Shown here: one piece after another, positions 13,316 through 25,826 of the stretch
Layout of the letters: each line of letters opens with the position of its first letter
Position numbering within the stretch: position 1 is the stretch's first letter
Translations under genes and position numbers: made by a program
The notes under the pieces: model-generated
Databases searched by the model: none
The model's input: the letters and a program-made list of their open reading frames with translations, nothing else
What the model was told of the DNA's origin: nothing
From: Octopus sinensis
Taxonomy: Eukaryota
Length of the DNA: 64,000 nucleotides
Direction of reading: 5' to 3'
Assembly (NCBI RefSeq): GCF_006345805.1
Contig: NC_043001.1
Location: 33,790,001 to 33,854,000 of the forward strand

Positions 13316-13779
13316 TACAAGTACAAAGTTCCTATATACATGCACCCATGCACATAAACCCTCTCTCCACAAACAGGTGTAGGTAGAGCTTAGTGTAGTA
13401 AGTGAAAAACAAAGGTAGGGGTGCAGATGATGGGAAATACCTGTGTACGGAGGGGTGGAGGAGGGAGATATAGGAGTGACTCAGAAAGTAATAGAATGAT
13501 GTGCAAGGTGTAGGTGATGTGGAGGGGGAGAGATAGGGATATATAAGAAGCTATAGTAGGTAAGTTATGATGGTAGAGGGTATTGGGGATGATAGTAGAT
13601 AAGAGAGGTATTTAGAATGGAGTATTGCAGAGGGGAAAAAGAGCAGTAGCTAATGGCTACTGATTGATTGAAATGGTGTGGGTAAGAATGATGAAGAATG
13701 GAAGTGGTTCAGGAAGTGGGGTGGAATGATTTTAATGGACATGTTGGACAATACCAGGATGGGTAGGACAATTTGTCAG

Positions 13780-15430
13780 GGAACCAGACATTCAAGGAGG
13801 TTATGAGTATGGTACATAAGATGAGCAGGAATCAAGGCTGCTGTAGTTTTGTGACACAAATGGCCTAATCATCTGCAATTAAAATCCAGGAAACTGACTA
13901 GTGACCTAATCACCTTAATATATCTGGTGAAGAAAGACAGATGGTTGTAAATGCTAAGTCCTTTTCTGGTCGAGAATGTACCACCTAACATAGATTAGAG
14001 ATTAATGACATCAAAGTAAAACTAGACAGATTCATAGACAAAAGGTAATGTTGAGATGGAAGATGTGAAAGGAAAGAGCTCACAGCTAGTCATAGATTAA
14101 GCAAAATTCTCAAGGAGGCTTGTAACAGAAAAAAGGAAGAGCTAAAGACTTAAAAATGTAGAGAAAAACTGGAAGTTGTTACAAAACAATTTGTTGAGGG
14201 CTACTGACTAAATCTGTGGCTGTTGTAGGATTCCAGTCAGACAAGAATGGTGATGTAGACAGAGCCATAAAAGCCGAGACAAGCCGGGGAAAACTGAAAG
14301 AAAGGAAACAGAAGAGAGCAAATAGCTAGAACAGAATCTAGGTATTAGGTATACTTAAGGTTGGGGAGAAGAAGAATGTTCTGCAGCATGAAGATCAGAG
14401 GCGTGACATGTTCTGGATTGCAAGGGTATGTGCTAGAGAAAATTGAGAAGCCTGTGGGGAGAAGTATATTTGGTATGAAAATGGTAGGTGAGTCTTCATT
14501 GATAATGAAAAGAAAGAGGCATGGAATTGCTACTATGAATAATAACAGAATGAAGAGAATGTATAGAAAAGAGAGGACCTATCAAAAATAGACCCAAGGG
14601 ATGACCTACCACAAATAGTGGTTATTAATGCTATGAAAGCAGGGAAGAGCTGGATCATGGAGTATAACTACTGAGATGCTGAACATATCTGATGAGGTAG
14701 GACACATGCTAGTCACAAGCATTGTCACTAAGGTAGTGCAGAATGGTATCATACTTAATGACTAACATAGTATTATCAACATCAACTACTACTTGGACAA
14801 ATGAAATACAATGCAAAAAGAAAATTATGATTGGTGGACCAGGCCACGAAAGTTACTGAAAGCACAACTTATCAGGATCAGAATTAGTCAAGATGAGATA
14901 TAGTTCAGTTTTGTATCAGGTGGTGATACAACTGATACCCTCTTCCAAAGGAAAGAAGTACTTGGATAAGATAAACTGCTATAACATTTCATTCATTAAC
15001 TAGGTGAAGGTCTACAGCAGACCTACAAGCTCTGTAATATGGTAGTCATTACAAAACCCAGGGTTAGGCAAATGGATTTTGATGGCTGTGTAAATCGTGT
15101 ACAAAAACAGAAAGAGCATGCAAGTAGATATCTACAATGGCGGCTCAGTCTTGTTTATTATAGTCCTTCTGGTTATAAGAAAAGATTTTAAGATCAGCTG
15201 TCCATAGGAACTGCTATATACCAATGACTAAGTTTTTATATCTGAACTGGTCAAAGATTTCCAGAAGGAATTGTAGACATGGAAGAAAAACCTAAAACTA
15301 AGTTTAACAATGACTAAAGTTTTAGTAAGTAGGAAAGAGAACAGAGCTCTACTACCATAAGAGAAATAGCTGTGCTTGATACACAGAAAAGCATTAGATA
15401 AAAGTTCCATGTGTGCATGTGTAATGCAAG
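13780..15430 (+). mobile_element. Decayed RTE-like LINE fragment
   Basis: Degenerate endonuclease/RT-like text, including a WELLY.DDL-like CCATAGGAACTGCTATATACCAATGACTA. Many stops; boundaries approximate. Confidence 0.55.
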
Positions 15431-15468
15431 TCACATAACTTTCATTCAGGTTGAATTATATATACTCA

Positions 15469-15874
15469 ACGCAGGAGTGGTCGTGTGGTAAGTAGCTTGT
15501 TTACCAGCCACATGGTTCCGGGTTCAGTCCCACTGCGTGGTACCTTGGGCAAGTGTCTTCTACTATAGCCTCGGGCCGACCAAAGCCTTGTGAGTGGATT
15601 TGGTAGACGGAAACTGAAAGAAGCCCGTCGTATATATGTATATATATGTATATGTGTGTGTGCGTGTATGTTTGTGTTTGTCCCCCTAGCATTGCTTGAC
15701 AACCGATGCTGGTGTGTTTATGTCTCCGTTACTTAGCGGTTCGGCAAAAGAGACCGATAGAATAAGTACTGGGCTTACAAAAGAATGAGTCCCGGGGTCG
15801 GGTTGCTCGATTAAAGGTGGTGCTCCAGCATGGCCGCAGTCAAATGACTGAAACAAGTAAAAGAGTAAAAGAGT
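15469..15874 (+). mobile_element. Full-length, young tRNA-derived SINE (~400 bp)
   Basis: Head GCAGGAGTGGTCGTGTGGTAAG...CCGGGTTCAGTCCCAC (A/B boxes), internal (TA)/(TG) tract, (GAGTAAAA)n tail. Nearly identical to 41642-42042. Confidence 0.93.
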
Positions 15875-17059
15875 ATATATATTATGTTGAAGAGATTATG
15901 TTTCTAAATACTCTTTACTAGTTATTTGTCTGTATAGTTTGTAAAGTAATTTTATGGTAATATTTTTAACGAAGTGTATTAATGTGTCAGACTGACTTTG
16001 TACTATGCCAAATTAACAAACAAGTCAACTTTGATCAATTGCTGTTCCACTATAATTTTCAGGTTCATCCAAAGTACAGCTCACATATTGACAATAGTGT
16101 TTCTACAATACACAAAGACAAATATTGTAAACATTATATGAATGGAGTCTACATGGCTGACTGGCAGAGACTCACTAATGTATGCACTATTACTTCTTTA
16201 TTTTCTTTCAGTCACAACAACAGTTTTTACTCTTCTGATATCAATTCTGCCCAGACCCACTTAAAGTACACATTTACCTTTTCTCTTCTCGTCACCTTAT
16301 TGTTTTGCTCTTCCAAACACAATAATACCATTCCCAACCAACTCTCCCCCCAAAATGCTGCCTTCTGCTCTCTTCACTTTACCTACAGAACATCAAGTTA
16401 AATATCAACTAGGAAAGTTTCTAAAGAATATAGGTGCTGTTCTTCTTCCTTTGATTAAGTGCCAAAAAAAAAAAACAAAAGAAAGAACAAAAAAACCACA
16501 TCTCATTTGTAAAATGAAGATTATCTAAAGTTCAGATATTCCTTACATTATATCAGCAATTAGAAATCATAAGCTACATGATAGAATGAATTTCTTATTA
16601 ATTGAATAGGTTTCCAAAAGCAGAATGTAAAATGTATGTACATTTTACATACTCATTCTTACATGGTTTCTCTCTGTCTCTCTCTCTCTCCCTATCACCA
16701 TAGCATCTTTTTCTTAATTCTTCATACTAAGGAGATGTTTCTTTGGTAATAATAGAAATCTAATACTGTAATTGCTTCCTTTGTGGCAGTGCAAATCCTC
16801 ATATCAACATGTTATGTTAATGTATCATATCAACATTCCACGCAAACACTGACAAAGTTAACAGGTTTCATTTTTTATTTACTCACAAACCATCTGGTAG
16901 TGGCATGATAAACTATTTATAGCATGTAATATAAATAGTTTGATTAAATTAATAAATATCAAACATTAGCTACGGAAGCAGTACAACAATGATTCTAAAT
17001 GTTAATAGGAGTAAACCAACAAGTGAATTGGATGCTCTTCTGTCAATTCTGCACTATGA

Positions 17060-17082
17060 TAATAATAATAATAATAATAATA

Positions 17083-17133
<51 letters not shown>

Positions 17134-17342
17134 TGAGAAGAAGAAGAAGAAGAAGAAGAAGAAGAAGAAGAAGAAGAAAAGAAGAAGAAGAAGAAGAAGA
17201 AGGAGGAGGAGGAGGAGGAGGAGGAGGAGGAGAAGAAGAAGAAGACCACGACGACGAAGACCACGAAGAAGAAGAAGAATGTCGGCGGCGGCGTCATCAT
17301 GCTTATATTCTAGTGCAGAATTGACAGATGATGATGATGATG
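17060..17342. repeat. Compound microsatellite (AAT)n(AAG)n(GGA)n(GAC)n(GAT)n
   Basis: Directly visible; produces spurious low-complexity ORFs. Confidence 0.98.
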
Positions 17343-17671
17343 AATATAAGCATTGAAAAACAATCAGTTTGGAGAGAATTAAAAATTCAGATCATGATAA
17401 ACAAAACTGCAGGATAACCTTTAACAATGGTGGCGTTTATATTTTCTCATGATCAGTAAATCAATGTAGCTGCGACAAGTTATACCAACCATTAGGTTAG
17501 TATCACTTGTCACAAAAACCTACAGAGGTTATTAAGCTTTGAATAAAATAAAATCTACATACAATATCAAGCTTTGATTTTGACAACAAAAAAATAATAT
17601 ACAGAAATCATACACACAAAGAAGATAAATGTAACAAATAAACTCAGAACAGTAAATACAACTGAGATAAC

Positions 17672-17990
17672 CATCATCATTATCAACATCGTTTAACAAC
17701 CACCTTCCATGCTATCATGGGTGGGATGGTTTCACAAGAGCCGGGCAGGCAGAAGCCTGCACCAGACTTGTGTGACTGTTTTGACAGGATTTTTACAGCT
17801 GGATGCCCTTCCTAATACCAACCACTCAGCAGAGTGGACTTAGTGCTTTTTATGTGGCACAAGTACAGGCGAGGTCAGTTTTGGCAAGGTTTTTACAGCT
17901 GGGTGTCCTTCCAAACACCAACCACTTTACAGTGTGGACAGGGTGCTTTTAAGTGGCACTGGCACTGACAGGGTCACAAAGTACTTGCAA
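17672..17990 (-). mobile_element. RTE-tail repeat/SINE ending in (GAT)n
   Basis: (CAT)n GTTTAAC...CATGGG...GGATGCCCTTCCTAATACCAACCACTC; family also at 21547, 24500, 27042, 62290 and 63565. Confidence 0.75.
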
Positions 17991-18719
17991 GACAAAAAGA
18001 GAAAAAAACTTTCAAGAGGAGAGAGGGCATTGGAAGAGGTGATCTTGTGTCAGATGAGGAAAGGTTATAATGAGACAGAGAGACAGAAACAGGTGTGCTA
18101 CCACAAAGGAAATACATGGTTTCCCAACCTAAGGGAAGTGCAAGAGGAGAGGGAGAGTGGAAGACAGCAGGATAGAGATTGTGGAAAAATGCTGGGCATA
18201 CTTACAAGGGACAGGGATCAAAATATAAATGGGATGGTTGAGTAAAGGAAGAGAGAGATATAGATAGTAGCAAGTGCCAGGGCATACTCTTGAGGTTCGA
18301 GCACCATAATATAAGTGGCAGGATATTGCAAAGGAAGTGTGATTGAAGAGTGCGGAGGGGGGGGGAGTAGCAATAATACAGAGAAACAGGGCCATGAGGT
18401 CAGGATTGGTGAGTGAAAGCTAGGCATAGTGTATGAAGGAGGAAATGTGAAGAAGAGAAGAGTTGTGGAGATGAAGATTGGTTTGTTGGGGTAGGGTGAG
18501 TGAAAAGTTTTCTTGTTAAGTGTGGGTGGAACACACAGGTCAGGGCTAGCAGATAGCAATAATAGTGAGACAGGGTATGTGGCACAGAGCCAAGAGGACA
18601 GGACTGGGGAGTAGGAGGTAAGCATAGGGCATGATGCGGAAATGTGGGGAAGAGATGCAGAGATGTAGTTTGGTTTGGTGTGGTAGTGTGAGAAGTTTTC
18701 TTGTCAAGTGTGGGTGGGA

Positions 18720-19565
18720 CACAGTGCTTCTAGAACTCAGTTTCACTGACATGGGCAGGTCTTCTCAAGAACTTCATATTGCCAAACATCTTGGTCCATT
18801 GTCATTTCCTCCATGAGGCCGAACATCCTGAGATTGATCCTTACCACTTCAACTCACATCTTCCTGGGTCTCCCTCTACCACAGGTACCATCCACTTTCA
18901 GCAATCAGCATTTCTTTATGCAGCTGTCCTCATTCATATGCATCACATGTCCAAACCAATGTAGTCTTCTCTTGCATACTACATTTGATTCCTCTTATGC
19001 CCCAATTTTCTCTCAATACATTTGCACTTTGCCATATATGTGCACTGATGTTGCACATCCAACAGAGCATACTACCTTCATTTCTCTCCAGTCTACATAT
19101 GTCTTCTGCATTCAGAGCCCATGTCGTACTACCATGGAATATAGCCATGCGCACACAACCATCATATAGTCTACCTTTCACTCTGAGAGAGACTCTTTCT
19201 TTTCGTCAGCAGAGGTAATAGCTCTCTGAACTTCATCCAATTCTTATTCTAGAAATAATACTTTCAGAGCATCCTCCACCATTGCTAATTTGGTCACCTA
19301 GCTAACAGAAACTATCTACAACCTCAAGAGAGCCTCCTGGACATTTGAAAAAAAATTTAGTCCTGTGTGCTCTTAGTGCTTATGACATACAAAGATGACT
19401 TTATCTGTTAATCTACCTGTGTTTCCACTGCACCTCTTACATGTCCATAGTTTACACAGGGTGCTGCAAATGGAATTTTTTCCAACTCTTTTCCTACATA
19501 TTGAACAGGGCCATTTACCTGATGGAAAGAGAGTTTTATCTTCTTTCTTACTAACAACAACTTTT
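18720..19565 (-). mobile_element. RTE LINE 3' fragment
   Basis: ORF 18930-19181 reads KGRLYDGCVRMAIFHGSTTWALNAEDICRLERNEGSMLCWMC, the typical RTE post-RT region. Confidence 0.8.
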
Positions 19566-19863
19566 ACTAAACTGCTATGTTACAGGGATGTAAACAAACC
19601 AACATTGAATGTCAAGGGTAGGGGGAATGGCACAAACACAAGGACACACACTCATACATTTATATATGAATACAACTGGCTTCCACACCATTTCTGGCTA
19701 TCAAATTGATTCACAAGGCATTAGTCAGGCTGAGACTTGCCCAAGATGCTGCACAGTGGGACTGAACCTAACACTACATGGTTGCAAAGCAAGGTTCATA
19801 ACAGCCACATAGTCGTGCCTGTATATATCAATACATTCACTTACACATTATTGTATCATTTAA

Positions 19864-20074
19864 TCCATTCGTTACCAACCTGGCTGAAACCGGCTCTAGC
19901 TCTTTAGTACAAATGTCTTGTTTTCATATGTTTTGAATTAAAATCTTCCACCAAACCTTAGTCACAATTTATGTTCCTAACACTAGCTTAATGATAACGA
20001 AGTTATTTTACTAAATTTTTTGTTATATTTAAAGTAATTGAAAGAAACACAGAGCATCTCAAAATAAATAGGGT
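19864..20074. mobile_element. Second, degenerate copy of the piggyBac-type MITE
   Basis: Body nearly identical to 2622-2842; right TIR partly deleted. Confidence 0.8.
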
Positions 20075-20896
20075 TAGTGTCACATTAAAAGTGGTGGGGC
20101 TGTATGTCTATACGTATATACCCACACGTGTGCATGCGTGCAGAGAAAGAAAGACAATTAACGTAAAGCAAGATACAGATAGACAGTTAAAACCTGCAAC
20201 CACCATTTGTTGAAATTCTTTATTCATCAACACAAGCAAGTATAAGGACCCTGCTATTAATGAACTGAAGTCTAAGATCAATTAAATTCAATCAGTTTTA
20301 GAAAGCTATAGAAAATTATAACTAGATCATTATCTTTGCCAGCAGATTCAATATGCTTATAATAAGTCAAGGTATTTTTAAGAAATTTACATTATGTATA
20401 AGAATAAAATAAGCACTGAAATCTTACTTGCTTAAAGCAATATTATCAATCTATCTCTTGATTTTTTGGCCATTTTGCTTTTTTATTGCCACTTTCTTGA
20501 TTGTTAATTGATGAATATATAAATAGTAACTAATTAAAAATTTCAACTTCATTATCTTTAAATTGTTTATCTCTATTAACTACACACTCATAGCTTCTCA
20601 AATTCCTTCTAAAACAGGTTATCTGGAGAATATAAATATGCTTGTACATAACTGGAGTTTAATTCAAATATTGTTAGATATCAGAATAGTTTGAGTATCA
20701 GACAAAATACCTTGATATTTTGTTCCAACTCTTTATGTTTTGAGTTCAAAGTTTGCTTGGGTCAACTTCATTTGTATCCTTCTGGATGGGGTGGGAGATG
20801 GGGAGTTGATAAAGTATCAGTGAAACACGGATGTTGATGTAATTGATGACCAAACTCTCTCCAAAAAGGAAGTGACCTGTTAACTACGTGAAAGAA

Positions 20897-21269
20897 TTAT
20901 CAACTCCACCTTAGCAAAGGCAGAGATACTGTTTTCAGTCATGTTTTTCTTTGTTCGTACATAGACAAGATATCTCAAGAACCACTGGATAGGTTAGGAT
21001 GAAACTTTCAGGGCTGTTAAGCCTCATGACTGGCATGAACTGATTGGATTTTGGGATCAATCCAGTAGTGGACAAGGATTCTGGATTAGTTTTCCTGTTT
21101 TTTTTAACTTAATTTATGAGAGTGGTTGGGTTCATTTCTAGTATTGTTGTTTGTGAGAGCAGTTGAGTTTATTCCAGATATTCTCCTTTTAAAAATTATC
21201 TCTGGCTAATCGTTGAGAGGACATTGGTGTTGCCTTGGCAAAGGTTTGTGCTCTCTGAGTGCTCTTGTT
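20897..21269 (+). mobile_element. Helentron-associated (HINE/DINE-like) non-autonomous element
   Basis: TT start with CTCCACCTTAGC; subterminal inverted GCCTTGGCAAAGG; 3' hairpin GTGCTC...GAGTGC then TT. This is the known Helentron end architecture. Confidence 0.6.
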
Positions 21270-21546
21270 ATCATTATTATTCACATAAAAACTGTGGAAT
21301 TGCAAAAACCAGTAAACCACATGACTAAATACTTCTAATATTTAGCTCCATGTTTCTCTCTACATGAGGTCATGAATTGCAATGAAAGAACTTTGACAAA
21401 CTTAACTCATTGATTAATTGATTGAACAAGCAATCAAATTAGTTAAACGGTTACCTATTTGATTAATAATAATAAAAGACGTGAGATAGAGCCAATGCAT
21501 GTTTATTATTGGCACCCTTCCAGAGATATAACACAATATATATATA

Positions 21547-22020
21547 CATCATCATCATCGTTTAACGTCCATATTCCATGTTGGCATGGGTTGGACAGTT
21601 CAACTGGGGTCTGGGAAGCAAGGAGGTTGCACCAGGCCCCAATCTGATCTGGCAGTGTTTCTACAGCAGGGATGCCCTTCCTAACACCAACCACTCCGAA
21701 AGTGTAGTGGGTGCTTTTTACATACCATGGCATAAGGAGCCAGAGGAGCTGGTATCGACCACGATCGGATTGTGCTTTTTACATGCCACCAACACGGAAG
21801 CCAGTCAAGGCAGCACTGGCATTGGCCACGTTTGGATGGTGCTTCTTACTGATACCGGCACGGGGCTCACAACTACAATTTCCATTTGATTTGATTTTGA
21901 TATTGCTGATGTTGATGTACTTGACTCAATAGGTCTCCTCAAGCACAGCATGTCACCCTACGATCCAAGGTACTTTTGAGTGGGCTGGTTGTGCGACACT
22001 GGTGTAGGTTACAGCTGTGG
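21547..22020 (-). mobile_element. RTE-tail repeat with internal ~50-bp subrepeats
   Basis: Same family as 24425-24757 (+) and 27042-27460 (-). Confidence 0.75.
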
Positions 22021-22223
22021 ACTCTAAGGGATAGATGTATCCATAGGCACTCCTGGTGTATTACCTCACTATGTATAGTCCTAGCTATAAGGTATACGGT
22101 AGTAGATAATTTAAAGGTAAAACGTAGTTTAATATATACAGAAAAGAAAAAGAAATGGAGCAATAATTAACAATGAGAAGTGGACCATTGGTGTTAAAAA
22201 GTCATTATTTAATTGTAGTTTGG

Positions 22224-22308
22224 AATCATTTACAGCTGTTTCTGTTTATCAAATTGGAGTAAATTTACATTTACCTCGTTACATTTAACAAACATCTGCA
22301 GAATGATT
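22224..22308 (-). ncRNA. Type I minimal hammerhead ribozyme motif, A6C core variant
   Basis: Minus strand: AATCATT-CTGCAGA-TGTTTGTTAAAT(loop)ATTTGATAAACA-GAAA-C(AGCT)G-TA-AATGATT. 7-bp stem I, 12-bp stem II, palindromic stem III, GUA cleavage site. Confidence 0.8.
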
Positions 22309-22689
22309 TTAGAGGGAACAGAAAGGCAAAGAAAAAGTAAAAGGGAAAAGAGTTTGTTAAGTCTTTAGGCTTACATTTTAGTGACTTGTTGGGTTCCATG
22401 TGTTTGTAATTTTTTAAAACCAGTGGATGTGTTCCGCTGAATATGTGTAAATAAACCTTCAAACAGACAGTCAGCAGTGATGCCTGCTGGGTTCAGCTAC
22501 TCCACATTGATAAGGAGCAATCACCCAGAAACTAGTCTGTGGATGTTAAACCAGCAAGGGGAAGCTGCTGACCTCCCCTGTTCGAAGGTTGTAATGGAGA
22601 CTGGTTTGTGTGTCACATAGCTAGCTAGAGATGATGGCCTCTTGGAGCTAATCAACGGCAGCATTCGTCCAATTTTCCTGGACTGCCAT

Positions 22690-23245
22690 TCATTTGACAC
22701 TGGTTAGTGACCATAGTTGAGAGCAATAGTCAAAGTGGCTTAGGATAAGTGTCCTCCAGAGGACCATCATGGTTTCCTGATCTCTTGTTCTAAAAGTTCT
22801 AATTATCCATCCAGTCAGCTGTCTGAATTTCACTGCCAACTTAGCAACATGCACATGGAAGGATGCATCATTACTCATGTAAATTCCCAGGTCTTGCACC
22901 AACTGTATCACCGGGACTGCAATCTCCCCAGGTCCAGTATATTTAATTGGTATTGTATTTAATTTTGCATGCTGATAGCACAAGGCTTGAAACTTTTCAG
23001 CATTAAACTACATGCTATTCTTTTCAGCCCATTTGTATATTTCATCCAGCTCACATTACAAGTGCATAGTATCTTCAGGGTTCTGTATCACCTGTGAGGT
23101 TTTTGTATCATCTTCATAACTTGTGATTGTGGCTCTCTGTGTGGACGAGGGCATATCTGAGAGAGCCATTATGAACAGTAATGGTCCCAAAACAGTGCCT
23201 TGTGGAACATTGCTCACTATTTGCATGTGATTGGAAGTATAAGCA
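22690..23245 (-). mobile_element. CR1/L2-group LINE reverse transcriptase fragment
   Basis: VPQGTVLGPLLF...YEDDTK (YADD variant), then VQDLGIYMSND...LTGWIIRTFRTRD...SHFDYCSQLWS. Confidence 0.85.
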
Positions 23246-23254
23246 ATGGACACA

Positions 23255-24120
23255 TAAAATTTGCAGTAATATCAAAGGAAGGTTAACTAGGAAGTTTTTG
23301 AGTGTGCCAGATGCACAGGGGCAATAAACACTGACGTACAGAAAACAGATTCCATCACATGCCAGGGAGAAAAACTACAAGTAGTTGACAGCTTCCATTA
23401 CCTAGGTAACCAAGTCAGTAGTGGAGGTGGATGCTCTGAGAATATAGCAGCTAGAATAAGAATAGCCTGGGCAAAGTTCAGAGAACTCCTACTTTTGCTG
23501 GTAACAAAGGGCCTCTCGCTCAGAGTGAAAGGTAAACTGTATGATGCATGTACGCAAACAGCCATGCTACACAGCAGTGAAACATGGGCTGTGACTGCTG
23601 AGGACATGTAGGCTTGAAAGAAATGAAGCTGGTATGCTCCGCTGGATGTGTAATGTCAGTGTGTATACATGACAGAGTATAAGCACCCTGAGAGTAAAGC
23701 TGGACATAAGAAACATCAGATGTGGTGTGCAAGAGAGATGACTGTGCTGGTATGGTCATATGTTGTGTATGAATGTGGATAGCTGTGTGAAAAAGTGTCA
23801 CACCCCTAACAGTGGAGGGAACCTGTGGAAGAGGTAGACCCAGGAAGACGTGGGATGAGGTGGTGAAAACACAACTTTCAAACGTTGGGCCTCACAGAGG
23901 CAATGACAAGTGACCGAGACCTTTGAAGATATGGTGTGCTTGAGAAGACCCAGCAAGCCAAGTGAGATTGTAGCTGTGGCCAATGCCAGCGTCACATAAC
24001 CAGCCCGTTTAAAAGTACCCTTCAATCCTCAGACAATATGCTGTGCTTGAGAAGACCTGTTGAGTCAAGTAAAATTTTGGTCATGGCCGATGCCAGTGCC
24101 ACCTGACTGGTAGTCGTGCC
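23255..24120 (+). mobile_element. RTE LINE 3' fragment
   Basis: AWAKFRELLLLLVTKGLSLRVKGKLYDAC...SETWAVT and GRGRPRKTWDEVV motifs; homologous to 18720-19565. Confidence 0.85.
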
Positions 24121-24130
24121 ATGTATATAT

Positions 24131-24180
<50 letters not shown>

Positions 24181-24424
24181 GATGGTTTATGTTTGAGATT
24201 TGAAGTTTGTATTTGTAACAAGAAGGAAGTGTAGAGGTAATGGACATATTGTGCAAATGCTTTTCACTCCTGCTTCTTGTCTTTAAGCAAGGCTATTTTT
24301 CCCAGTCCTTCATGGAAAACATGTCTAGCTATGGAAAAATAATACCTTGCTTGGAAATAGATCATGTTTGGCAACAAGAAGTGCAGCGCAGTGCAGAAAA
24401 TCTGCTTCAACAAAATCTATGTGA

Positions 24425-24754
24425 TCAGCACCGCTCCGACGGGCCTCCGTGCCTGTGGCACATAAAAAGCAGCATCCGATTGTGGCCGTTGCCAGCCTCG
24501 TCTGACTCCCGTGCCGGTGGCATGTGAAAAGCACCATCTGACCATGGCCGTTTGCCAGCACCGTCTAGCACCTGTGCTGGTGGCACGTCAAAAGCACCCA
24601 CTACACTCACAGAGTGGTTGGCGTTAGGAAGGGCATCCAGCTGTAGAAACACTGCCAGATCAGACTGGGCCTGGTGCAGCCTTCTGGTTTCCCAGACCCC
24701 AGTTGAACCGTCCAACCCATGCTAGCATGGAAAGCGGACGCTAAATGATGATGA

Positions 24755-24757
<3 letters not shown>
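24425..24757 (+). mobile_element. RTE-tail repeat ending in (GAT)n
   Basis: GAGTGGTTGGCGTTAGGAAGGGCATCCAGCTGTAGAAAC...CCAACCCATGCTAGCATGGAAAGCGGACG...(GAT)n. Confidence 0.8.
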
Positions 24758-24803
<46 letters not shown>

Positions 24804-25741
24804 TTTAATTTCCAAACACAAAGATGATTTATAATTAAAATATGTACTCTTGTAACTACCTGGTGGTGATTTAATGTTCTTTTTTAATATATATTAGTTT
24901 GAAGCGTGCTAAGTATATTATCAATGTGAAGATGGTAATTACATGACTTGATGTTGCACCAGTGAAAAATCATTCCATGGTGGTTATCAAATTTTTCCCT
25001 TACATGCACCTTATTAAAAACACATTTCTTTTCACTAAAATATTAAAACAACCCTTGAAATAGTTCTCTTCACATCAGTTCTCAAAAAGATAAGCATTTG
25101 TTTTCAGTTATGGAAAAAGAGTGAGTGAAATCCTAACAAATATATATTTCAAACTAACTTCATTACACAGCTGTTTTATATATGTTATTTGATTAAAAAA
25201 GAAAAAAAAAACAGCAACAATGCAATCATTACACATCCATGGAGGTTGTTTACTACACATACTTTTCCTATTTTTCCTGCTCAAATTATTTTGTGACCAA
25301 AGGTTTTCAAAAGCTGGATCATTTTGAAGCTCCTTTTCATACATTTCCTAAATTTTTCAAAATTTCTTACTCACTTTCTCCCACCATTCTCCTTTTAATG
25401 ATCTTTAATGCTAGGTTTTGAATAAAATTTGTCATTGTAGATTATAATTAAAAAAGTGGGGAAAAACACATTAAGTTCCTCAAATCTTGAAGCAGCTTTA
25501 TGATGGACTAAGTAATCATGCCCTTCACTGAGACACTGTTATGTTATCAATCTAAATATTGTATGTCACAAACAAAACTAGAAATCAATAATTGTATATC
25601 ATTCATACAACCCCAATATAAAATTATAAAATAAAACACTGAAATGTTTAACTAATAGATATACATATTTCTTCACAGCAATAATCAAACTCACAAAAAC
25701 AAAAAAGATAATATACATCACAAACACCTAACCATACTCAC

Positions 25742-25826
25742 CTACAATTAACCGTTCATCATTTGGTATTTCTTTGAAAATTTTCTTGTAATCCTCACTG
25801 CGTGATTTATAGGTAGGACTTAAAAC
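25742..25826 (-). CDS. GRAMD1: GRAMD1/Aster exon, 85 nt: VLSPTYKSRSEDYKKIFKEIPNDERLIV
   Basis: Acceptor tttcaattctag|GTT and donor GTAG|gtgagt, phase 0 to 1. The peptide matches the GRAMD1 motif VLSPTYKQRNEDFRKLFKQLPDTERLIV at the start of the GRAM domain. Confidence 0.95.

Noticed and set aside
12358-13353. Minus-strand ORFs of 107 and 109 aa
   Set aside because: Antisense shadows of the mariner transposase.
16989-17324. ORFs with poly-N/I/R/E/G runs
   Set aside because: Translation of a compound trinucleotide microsatellite; no coding evidence.
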